Of a DNA stretch of 64,000 bases, positions 52,716 through 64,000 are shown in pieces. The stretch spans positions 46,122,931-46,186,930 of the forward strand of contig NC_068986.1 of NCBI RefSeq assembly GCF_001194135.2, read 5' to 3'. The notes beneath the pieces are model-generated. The model ran no database searches. It saw only the letters and a list, made by a program, of their open reading frames with translations, and was not told the DNA's origin. The DNA comes from Octopus bimaculoides (Eukaryota). Made by a program: the position numbers and the translations under genes. Position 1 is the stretch's first letter; each line of letters begins with the position of its first letter.

Positions 52716-54439
52716 AGGATTGAATCAATTAAACTGACTTTACCACCACCCCAACAAAAACATTTGCAGCCTTGCATCAATGTTAGAAATCAATATTATT
52801 TATATAATTTTACTGCTGAAGTATTACATTAAATAATTCAGTTTCCATCAACTGTAAACTCATAAATGTTGACAGGTAAGAGATGCATTTAACTATTCTT
52901 GCATTCACAGGAAAGAAAGGACTGATAAAGATATTTTCAGACATACAAATTTCTACATTTGCATTAACAACTGTTAATTTTGTCGTTGCTTCTATTGCTG
53001 TTGTTACTGTTACTTCATCATCAACATCAATGTAGAACATTTTTACAAGTTGGCTTTGGTTAGACAGATTTATATCTTAATCCTACATGATTTCAAATGC
53101 AATACTCAAAACTACTAAGATCTATATAAATTGCCTCAACTCAAATATCTTTTATTTTTAGCCTGATTTTATCTTGTCTATTAAAGTCTTACTAAAATGT
53201 TGCATGAATCATCCATTTTTATAATTACTTTCCCAATTCATTTGCACTGAAAAAATCTAACTTAAATTTATGTTCAATATTCAATGAAACCACTGAATTA
53301 TTCTCATATTTTGTAATTGCAAGCCCAATATTTTGTGACTCAATGTCATAGCATTACAATTTTGATCTATGCATTACATCACATATCTGTTAGAAAAATA
53401 ATCCATTTGAAAGCCACCAAGACAAGAATTATCAAAATATCTTTCCACCCTCCAGTAACCTAAAGATTTTACTTACATGAGACTCACTTCCAGTTCTAAT
53501 TAGACAGAGTGGATAATATTTTTCAAATACTGTTTGATCATACTGATTCATTTACAGGTTAGTTATTGAAAACTTCCAGCGTTCTATACATGTCATTTTA
53601 TTGCAATAGCTGCATTTGATTTCTTCTCTAATTCCTGCATCCAAGACTTAATCATTCTCTGTTGCCATTCTGCTTCAGAGACATTTTCTATATCAGTCAT
53701 TGACATGTTTAAAATCATTTGACATGAAAACATTTTTCTACATTACAAGCTAATTTTACAGTTCATTAATTTACATTTCCACCAGAGAAGAGTTAAACCT
53801 AAGTTGTTAATGTTTCTTGTTCCACTATATGTACTGACTTCAATACAACCAAATTAATTTTGAAGTTGTACATGTCTAGCAAGTGACTTGATCTGAGACG
53901 GTATATCAAAAATGAAGCAACAGCATTGTACACAAGCCATTCTAGCCTTTTAATAACTCACTGCATCAATTTGTTGCCTTCACTTTTTTAGTCTTTTTAT
54001 TAGAGAGTTTATAAACTATTTCTCCCATTTGGATTTTATTTTCAGCTCAAGTGTTCTTAGTAGCTACTAGCAGTTAGCAAATCAAATAAAATGTTAATAG
54101 CACTGCATTCATTTCAATAAGACATTAACGGCACTAAAATCAATTAGCTTTCCTTTTTTGCCTACTATAGGCTATGACAATCAATTTTTAAGTAAAAAGT
54201 ACTTTAAATTATATTAACTTTTACATTTTCAAACATATCTAAGTGACATTTGATTTATTTAAGATTTTATTTTTACTCATGCTTGTGTTTTTTAAACAGT
54301 ACTTTTGTGCCAATATATAAAGACAGGAGAATTGTTAAAAACTGAGTAGTTAGCATGCAAATTAATTTTGTTTCATTTCTAGTTTTGGAATTATAACTGT
54401 ATAACTTTTATCTCTCACTTATTACAGTCAATAGATTGT

Positions 54440-54628
54440 AGCACCTGCTGGGGTCCACCTACAAGGGATTTTGTCAAACATATCAACCCCAGTACTTATT
54501 GTTTTAACTTTGGTACTTATTCTAGATATCTTTTGCTCAACTGTTAAATTATGGGACCATAAACAAACCAACATCAGTTGTCAAGTGTTGGGATGGATGA
54601 ACAAACACAGGCACAAAGATATACCAAA

Positions 54629-54669
<41 letters not shown>

Positions 54670-54827
54670 CGACAAGCTTCCACACAATTCTCATCTCTGA
54701 AATTCACTGACAATCATTGGTTGACCTAGGGCTATAATAGAAGATACTTGCCCAAGATGCCACATAGTGGGGTTGAACTCAAAACGTCATGGTTCCAAAG
54801 TGGGCTTCTTAACCACACAACCATACT
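54440..54827 (-). mobile_element. Older SINE family A copy
   Basis: Colinear with 50508-50877 but more diverged. Confidence 0.75.
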
Positions 54828-56355
54828 TATGTACAAAAGATATACAAAACATGTATGCATATTGGCATGATTCAGAAAAAGGCCTTGATATACAAAAAGA
54901 CTGATGGTCTTTGATCATAGTTATGTTTCATTGAGACTGGCAGGAGGTTAAATAGCATGCATGTACAGAAATAAATTGGCAACTTTGAGATTAGTATGTA
55001 AATAGAAGGGTGCTAAGATAACAGCTAGTATTGTCAAAAGGTTTATGGTAAAGAGGCAACATACTGCTTGTCAACAAAGGTGAATAGGTTTTATTTCCAG
55101 AAGGCACTTCCATCTTAATCCTTTTCCTCATTTCTGTAGTACACTGGCACCAAAGCAACTTTATGAGTTGCAGATATTTACTATTCAGTAGTTGCTTATA
55201 GATCAATTAAATATATATATAATATATATAAATTTGCTTATCATTATTATTATTATTATTATTAATATTTTATAAGCATACCTTGTCTTGTCTTACCTAT
55301 GCAAGCATGGAAAAGAGGATGCTAAAACGATGGTGATGACCTTATATGATAATTCACAAAAAATACCATCATATTTTAGTGTTCAATTCATAGAACATTA
55401 TATACATGGGAAAGACACAGAGACATGGTAATCCTTAAGATTATCCCTGTAATAGATTCTTAATAGCTGCGTTACCCACTTGTTTTGGAACAATAATCAT
55501 TTTCTAAATTCATTAACTTAAGTATCATTTATTTAGATTAAATCATTAAAAGTAGAATTTAAATGAAACAATACTTTTTCATTACACATCAGAAATAATA
55601 TATGCTTCCAATTTAGATCTAATCTATATCATATACAATATACAGAAGTATAACATGCAACATACTTGTATTTTTACCTTTACCTCACATGCAATACATC
55701 TTCACAATTTATTTCTGCATTACAAGCTTTGTTTTTGTTAATTTAAATGCTGTTTCAGAATATACAATAATTTATCACAAGAAATGCTATTCCTACTGTG
55801 TATATATAAAGTTACTTCATGTGCAATCTCTCCACAAACAACTTCATTTTATTATCCATTTGCCATATAAAGCATACAACATCTTTATATCATATTACTG
55901 TTTATAATGACAGAAAAATTTATAATCATGCATTTTGTTTTAACTTGTGTCACCTTTATACACTATTTTCTTCACTCGTTAGTTTTAATTGATTACTCAG
56001 AATGTTATCTCCATTCTAAAATGGAATACATCTTGATTATTAATCTGCTCTTTATTCCTCAACTTGATTATTTAAATGGCTATGTCTATATACATGTACA
56101 CATGTGTATATATACATGTGTACAGGTATATGTGTGTATATATGCATGACTTAAACTATATATATATATATTTAAAATTCTAGTTTCCATCTTTCTAATT
56201 TAGAGAAGAAAAGAATAAAATTTCTTTCTTCCCCCTTAGCTTCTGCTCAGTGTCAGGATTATTGACAATACATCATTGGTAATAAAAGTGATATGAATGA
56301 ATCCTTTTCAAATTTAGAAATATTACTTTTCTCTATTAACACACACACACACATG

Positions 56356-56401
<46 letters not shown>

Positions 56402-56421
56402 TGTGCATGTGTTTATTTACA

Positions 56422-56474
<53 letters not shown>

Positions 56475-56500
56475 TTATACACATGTAAGATTACATTCTC

Positions 56501-56574
<74 letters not shown>
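56501..56574. repeat. (ATT)n microsatellite
   Basis: Seen directly. Confidence 0.95.
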
Positions 56575-56577
<3 letters not shown>

Positions 56578-59500
56578 ATAATGGTAACATTTTCAGTATT
56601 GCACAATCTAAATTTGACAACTTTTCTGGCATAGATTTCATGAAAACTGCACCAAAGCTTTATGAATTCTATGACTAGAGAAAAGAGAACAGTTGAAAAA
56701 TCAATGGTTAAAAAATAATTCCCAAGAGCATGCAAGACATGAATCAATAAGTTCTTAAGCTAGACTTTTTCCAAAGCCATTATTTTTTTAACTAAAAGTA
56801 AATGGAAATGCATTTTCAATTAGCAACATGTCACTACTTCCACAAATCCTGAGCAAGATATATTTTCTCATTTTCAAAAGACATGAAATGTTTAACGTAA
56901 GTAAAAGAAACTTAGATATTTTTCTATCCCCCTAAGAAAAATATTTCAGAAATTCTCTTTAATCATATTTTACTGTAGAAAATATTACATTTTAAAGATG
57001 TGGGGCTATTAAGTTGCTGTTATAAACTAATTTGCTAGATTTTAATACTTAAAGATATTTTTAGAAAAATTTTGAAAACAACCTGCTACTCTAGATATAA
57101 CAAAACTGTAATATAAAAATGGTAAATGAATATATATCTTTGGCAAGGATAAAAATGGAGCATATGGTGATGTGAGCAGTTATTTTATCTATAAATCTCA
57201 TTTGATTTCAGTTGTTCACCCCGAGAAAGTTTAAAATCATAAAGAACAGCCATTTTAAATCAAAATAATTCCACTCATTTTTTTTTATGCTATACACTTT
57301 GAAGATTCTTTAAAGAAAGCTAAAGTTAAACAGTATTTTATGTAATAAAATTTATAAAATGTAAAACTTCTAAAATCATAAAATTTTATGTAATTCTATA
57401 CCTAATGTTTAATGTAAAAAAATACAATGGCTTACAAAAATTCCAAAATACAATTACATATTGTGATGAAAACTGAAAAGAAGAATCAAAATAAAAAAAA
57501 TAAAATTCAAATTTAAAGATGATCATATAAAAGAATGAAGAAGCTGACTCATAAATAAATGGTTAATAATAAAAAGTATAGAGGATATAAATTTGTTGAA
57601 AAACAGAACACATTTAAAAAATAACATTGAAAATACAAAAAAAAACTTGACAGGTTTGATTGTTTAACACATAAATTTCATGAGTGACTAAGGTGATATA
57701 TTTCTGAACAACATTTTTATATTAATATTGTAAATATTTTCTTAATCAGAATAAAGAGGACATAAAAAGTGAGTCAAGATATATATATATGATAGAGTAA
57801 AGATGAGATTAATTTCTCGTTTAAAAAATTATTGTAGAATTGAGGCTGTCACAGCTATGCAGATTTTAAAATAAATCTGATAATGGGAAATATGTGACAA
57901 AGTGAATCAATTCATTTTAAATTTTGGGTTTTTTCTATTTTTTTTGGTATTCTGAAAGATATATTTTAAAGATAAATAGTTTGATATTTTGTTACCATGT
58001 ATTCTAAAATTATTCATAACTCTTGATCTGAAAATTATTAAAATACATTGCTTCATGTTTAAAGCTATTTTCATATAATTTAGCACTACACCTTGAGAAG
58101 AATATACTCTTGTAAATCATTTACCATACAAACCAGGTACTTCTTTCTAATCTAGACAATTAAACTATTTTTTTTGACATACCATCAGATTTTTAGACTT
58201 GTCATAGTAAGATCATTTTGCAGAGGTAGCCTGTAGTAGACAAACTCCACAGTTTGAAGTAGTCTTCCATAAAATTAGAAATTGCTCCTTCACTAATTTT
58301 ACAAGAATATTTTTTAGAGAGAGTACAAATACCATATTTATCTATCAAATATATTTAGGGATAAAGTTCAAGCTTTTAATGCCTTAAAGTCAATTTGAAA
58401 TATTTGTCTCTTAAAAATGGAATTCCGCATTAAAGCTTCAAAAACTTAATTTCACTTTTGTTACCAATTGTGGATATGTTTATTCGTACCTGTTTCATTC
58501 CAGATCTAAAAATAACAAGAAACTGAGACAACTGTTGTAATTCAGGTGATGAAAATTACTTAAAAGAAATAGAGATGCCATGCCATTGTTCATAAAAGTT
58601 TGCAAATAGGTAGAATGTCAATGATGTACAAGAATCACACTAGATCCTCTATATGGTCATTCAATCTGCTAAAAATAGCGACTAAGTCTTCCTTAAATCC
58701 AACCTTACCAAGTATGTAGGACTTGTCCTTCATATATTTAACAAAGTTGGGAAGCTCTGTTAATTACTGGTTTCACCAGTCAATGTTAACAACAGCAACA
58801 ACAATTTGCCTTTTTTTATTTAAGCCAAACTATTATTTAGCTTTTTGTAGTGAAATGAACTCTTATAAATCTTGTAAATCAGTTTTGAAAGTCCTGAGAC
58901 AAACACAGTGTTGCCATGGAAGATATATCTACAGATGAGGGTGCAGAATATTCAGTGAGGAGTAATTTCAAAATTTTAAATTCCTCAATTAGTATCTCTA
59001 TTGAGAGGGATAGTACAGTTTGGCGAAAACTGTACATGTTTGACAATTTGAGTATTCAGGTATGCTGAAGTGCCTGCTGGCTTATATTGACTGAAAAATT
59101 GTGCTCAAGTTGTGGCCTGATACATTATGAAGATTGTAGTGTCAAACTTTTTTTGCTAAGGATGATTAAGTATCCTGTCTCTCTTGGTGTTGCAGACAAA
59201 GAGATGAGACAGTGGATATAATTTATTGCAGATTCTGCATAATGGTTGCAAAAAACTTTAAAATTTGGAAGTGTGGTACAAATAGAGTAAAAATGACTAA
59301 ATGGAATATAATCTTCTGATGTCTCAGATGTTCAGAAGAAGTCATGAAATGAAAATCACAAGCTGCTTAGATAGTTTGGATGGAATTAGTAGTTAAGGTC
59401 AACTACAAAGATAATATAATTCGAACTACCAGTAGTTTTAGAGAGAGTAGTGTACAAACTAGGAATGGAAAAAAAAAAAACTATAACTGTAGATAAGGTG

Positions 59501-59696
59501 TTAGATATATGTCTTCATTAGCATAAATCTGAATTTTGTTATAGTGATTCAGTATAACAAACAGTTTAGAGTTTAGCTAAATTCATAATTCAACTATGAA
59601 AACAAATGCTCTAACTGTAAGTAAATACCAAAACTTATGAATATCATCTTAGATTTAGAAGAAAGGAAAATGATATATAAAGTATTGTTTTCAGTT

Positions 59697-59733
<37 letters not shown>

Positions 59734-59758
59734 AAACATTTGTGAGAAAGAGCAAAAA

Positions 59759-60202
59759 ATGATCATTAATACTATTCCTAGTATTGGAGTTGCTGTTATA
59801 ATTATAGAGATAATAATGTTGTTATTAATAGCAGAAATAGATAAGTTACCAGACACTATTTTAGGAAACATGGGCTTCAGTCTACATCATTCTTTTGTTA
59901 GTGAGTTATGTACTCCACTGCTAAGTCAAAATATTACTTTCTTTCTTTTGTTGATAAAAAAGTGGAGTATGAAGTGCTTATGTATTTTCTTAGCCAGAGT
60001 ATATCATGTTGCTGTAAGTGACAAATGTGTTACACTATTTGACATGTTAATGCCTAATTCATTTGACATCATTATTCTTCACTTTATATTCTTAAGCAAG
60101 TGTTGCATTTTGTCACTGATGGTACACTTAAATGTAATTGTCTTAAAAAGATTTATTTTGATGAAACTGTTTACAACACCATATTGCTTTTTAAATTTCT
60201 AG
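59759..60202 (+). other. Unassigned 147-codon hydrophobic ORF
   Basis: Longest ORF not explained by gaps, microsatellites or recognised transposons; no motif recognised. Confidence 0.2.
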
Positions 60203-60813
60203 ACTTAAATTTTAGGGGTTAAATAAAATTAGAGATCTACTCTTTAATATATATGAAATATAAAAAAGTGGTAGTGTCCAAAGAAATAAGATATATGCTT
60301 AAGACAAATTAAGAATTAACAACACAAATAAGCATCTGCAATGCTCTGAGCAAACAAAAACAAAAAGAAGATTTCATAACTAAAGAGAAAAGAAACCAAG
60401 TATGTAATACAAACATAGCTAGAAGCTAAAATGTTGGGAAATTGTTAAGACTTAATATTAAACTGGGTTGAATTTGGAAATATATCTAACAATGTTCTTT
60501 GAGTAACAATTTTGAAGACAGATTGTGTAGCAACATAAGGTAGCTGGTACCATTTTTAAAAAAAAAGCTTACAGAATTGATAATGGTATCAATTGTAAAG
60601 GTGAGCTCATAAAAAGAATAATTAAATCTTTTGTGTAGTTCCAACCAGATTACAAAAGCATATTTGAAGATGACTAACTACAAAAACAGCTGCATAAATT
60701 CAATATTGACTTATTAATGCTATATTGACAAAATCATGTGTGGTAGCTTTCTCGAAATTAGACAGAAATAATTATTTGAATGTTGAGCACCAAAATGTTT
60801 GTGATACAATTAA

Positions 60814-60881
<68 letters not shown>

Positions 60882-62899
60882 TATATAAAAAAAACAGTTG
60901 CAAAGAAAACTTGAATTGTTATGCCAATAGTAACAATACAGAAATAAGTGTTGATGATGACAAAGAAAAAAGTCTTTGTGAGTGTCTATAGAATGTTTTC
61001 ATTGTGTTCACAATGAATTGTGATAATGTATTGTAATAAAAGAATGGGAAACAAAAAATTTACATTGAAGTGTATAAAATTGTTATGGGTAATTTTAAAG
61101 TTCAATGTGTTACACTATTTGACATGTTAATGCCTAATTCATAAGTTTGATTGATTCAATAAATTCAATCATAATTAATCTATAATAGTTGAAATTACAA
61201 TGAAACAAGAACTTGAACCTAAGAAAAGTGAGTAGATATTAGTTTAGACTGTTAAAGGGATTGTTATGGACTAAATAACATATAGCCAATAATCTAAGGT
61301 ATATTAGTTTGAAAAAAAAATGCATAAAAATTTTATGCTAAAAGGTCAACAAATTATAACATCAAAAGCTTTTGAAAGCATAATGGACCAGAAAAAATTA
61401 GCAGTAACAACCATCATGATCAGCAGTTTTATTTTTAACATTTTCCATTAAGAAAAAGCTTCAAATACAAAAGGTACATAAAAATACATGAAATATAATT
61501 TTTAATTATAAAAAATATTTGGAAAATCGTTGGAATAAATATATCCATTTGAAATTATATATATATATAATGTTACAATGTATTACATAACATATAACCA
61601 TTTGAGTTTTTTTAGCACTTTCCAGAAAAAGCAAGTAACATCTTCATGTTTTATCCAAAAATGTAAGCATTTCAATTAAAAGCAAAACTAATTTAAGATG
61701 AAATCAATGTTGAAGAATTGAGAGCAATGCTAAAAACAAAATTCACTGCCTGCAGTAACAAAGTTAATGCAGAAATGCTGCCATTTAAAGAAAAATATGC
61801 ATTAAAATAACACTCATTTGGAAAATGTAAAGTCATATGTTCAATGTCAGAATGAAAATATAACAATCTGAATCACTAGTTCAGATAATAAGTATTATAT
61901 TTACTTCAGTAGCAAAAGGATTATGCAAACTGAAAAGTTAGTAATGAAAGTTTAAAACTGCCTTTTAAAAATCTTTGTTAAGTTTTAGAAATCCTAAGAT
62001 TGAAGTGTAAAATGAATGTTGAAATTTCAGGAAGGGAGTGTATAGTCATTCTACCATATATTCATTCTACTGTAACAATTAGTCAATTTTATGGAGAGAC
62101 TTTATAAAATTTGGTCAAAAGAATCAAATTAATTTAAGAAAATTTGGGATCATATTTTCAATCTATAAAAATCACATTTATTCTAAGTGCTAATTGATTT
62201 TTTTATGAGTTGAAGTAAAATTAAACAACAAAATATTTACATTTAAAACAATTGTTTTTAAGCAATTTAAAACAATATAATGTGTTCTGATTTATCCTTT
62301 TACAAATTATAATGGAATCAACAAAATGTCAGATTATCTATAACCACTAACTTGGGCATGTGATAAGTAATCTCATTTTTATTAGAAAAAAATATGAAAT
62401 TGAGAATATAGATTACTAAATGTAAAATGCTTGTAGAATTATAACATTAAAATATTTTTTTCCCTTCCATTATAACTACTTGGCTACATGTTTTTAAGAG
62501 TTCCTAAAATAATTATAAATTTAAAATAATATTTTAATGTAGAAGCACTCACTTAAAAGCTTGATGATGTCAATGAAAGAATAAAAAGCATCTAGTTCAC
62601 ACACTTACTGTGTTTGGTGATAGGAAGAGCAGCTAGCTTTGAAACCAATGTCAAATCAAATATGTATCAAAGGAAAAATAAAACAAACTACATTAATAAG
62701 ACAAGCTTGTGAAATAAGTGCTGCATTAGCACACCATGATCATCATGAAGCATGCTCACCATTTTTCTTTTCCTCAAACATTTCTGCTTGTATGAATGCG
62801 GTAACAATGAGAAGTAAAATTATGCAGGTAACAAAGATGTGAAAACACATGTGACTTATTGTATGTTGTATAAAACAGAGAATTGGAGAAAGAAAGAGA

Positions 62900-63780
62900 G
62901 AGGCTGGTGTGTATAGGTGAGAGTGCTTTTTAGTAGGTAATATGTTACAATAAGGAAGGCTTTTGAATAGCATATAATTATATGTATAAAGAGACAGAGA
63001 TAGAAAGCTCATATACTGTAAAGAACAGTTATAGATTGCTAAGGGAAACCTAACCATTGTCTTGTATAAAGATGGAGTAGCTATCAAATTGTTCAGCTAG
63101 GTAATGGAGAGCACAGTAATTGGATAATAAGACAGATATGCTATAGAACAAAAAAGAGACAAGAAACAAGATTGAATGATGAGCAGAACAGAAGCAAAAG
63201 AAAAGATTATCTTGAGACTATGTAGAGAATCAAGCATTAGCTATATCTAGATGCAAAGAATATAAGTTTGCCAATCTTCTGTAAATGACAAGACCAGGGT
63301 CGTGGAGTGTTTTGAATTTTGAGACATTGTATTGGAATGAATCAAGATTATTCAAATGAATAATATGACTAAATCAATATGGCATACTTGGTTTCAGCAA
63401 CATTGAAAAGTCAAAAAACATAGATCAATTACAGTAACAGTATAAATAAGATTGGAAAATCTAGCCTCAGTAGTGAACAAAAATGGCACCAGTACATCTG
63501 AGTTGAGAATTGTGAACAAAACAATTACAGGACACAGAAAGCACCAAAATGAGAGGCTTTCACACAGACTACATTCTTGGCTCAATAGATTGTTCAGGAA
63601 GATATTATCTTATTACTGGAATAAACAGACTAAATTACAAGTATCAAAAAAAGATATGCTAGAGGGGGAAATGCTTATAACATAGGTGAAGTTATTGCAA
63701 AATATACAAGACACATTGGATTTGTTTCATGACATGGAACCAGAGATGTTTTGGGGGAGACAATTCCAAGTGTTGAACAT
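62900..63780 (+). mobile_element. Decayed LINE ORF2 (CR1/L2-like EN-RT linker)
   Basis: VNKNGTSTSELRIVNKTITGH...AYNIGEVIAKYTRHIGFVS resembles recalled LINE linker/RT domain 0 sequence; many stops. Confidence 0.4.
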
Positions 63781-63844
63781 GTTGAATATGTGTGTGGGTG
63801 TGTGTGTGTGTGTGTGCTTGTGTGTGTGCATGCTTGTATATATC

Positions 63845-64000
63845 TTTTATCATTTATCTTTTACTTGTTTCAGTCATTCGACTGTGGCCATGCTGGGGCA
63901 CTACTTTGACGGGTTTTAGTTTAAAAAATTGACTTTAGGACTTAGTTTTTGAAGCCTAGTACTTATTCTATTGGTTACTCTTGCCAAACTGCTAAGTTAC
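63845..64000 (-). mobile_element. SINE family A 3' part, cut by the window end
   Basis: cttttacttgtttcagtcattcgactgtggccatgctgggg...cttgccaaactgctaagttac. Confidence 0.85.

Noticed and set aside
52876-52910. GT...AG mini-intron with good consensus ends
   Set aside because: 35 nt is below the usual metazoan intron minimum, and the flanks give no convincing frame.

Overview
AT-rich, repeat-dense eukaryotic DNA from a draft assembly with six N-gaps. It is most likely an octopus; this is inferred from recalled octopus tRNA-SINE and RTE-tailed SINE sequences, not from a search. No host gene can be confidently called, so the window looks like a very large intron or intergenic region. Recognisable content: microsatellites, at least four interspersed SINE/repeat families, LINE remnants (RTE, RTE-BovB-like, CR1/L2-like, possible Tx1), a Penelope GIY-YIG fragment, and many Tc1/mariner-superfamily elements. 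Most notable observations: (1) a near full-length Tc1 element with DD36E (Incomer-type) catalytic spacing, a candidate for horizontal transfer; (2) a 5.6-kb side-by-side cluster of four different Tc1/mariner elements plus a ~900-bp foldback; (3) inverted duplications with template-switch signatures at three scales (21-bp, 27-bp and ~360-bp stems), two of which resemble pre-miRNA hairpins; (4) an unexplained 147-codon ORF carrying an exact 39-bp copy 1080 bp away. No prokaryotic system or CRISPR array is present. Coordinates of decayed elements are approximate.
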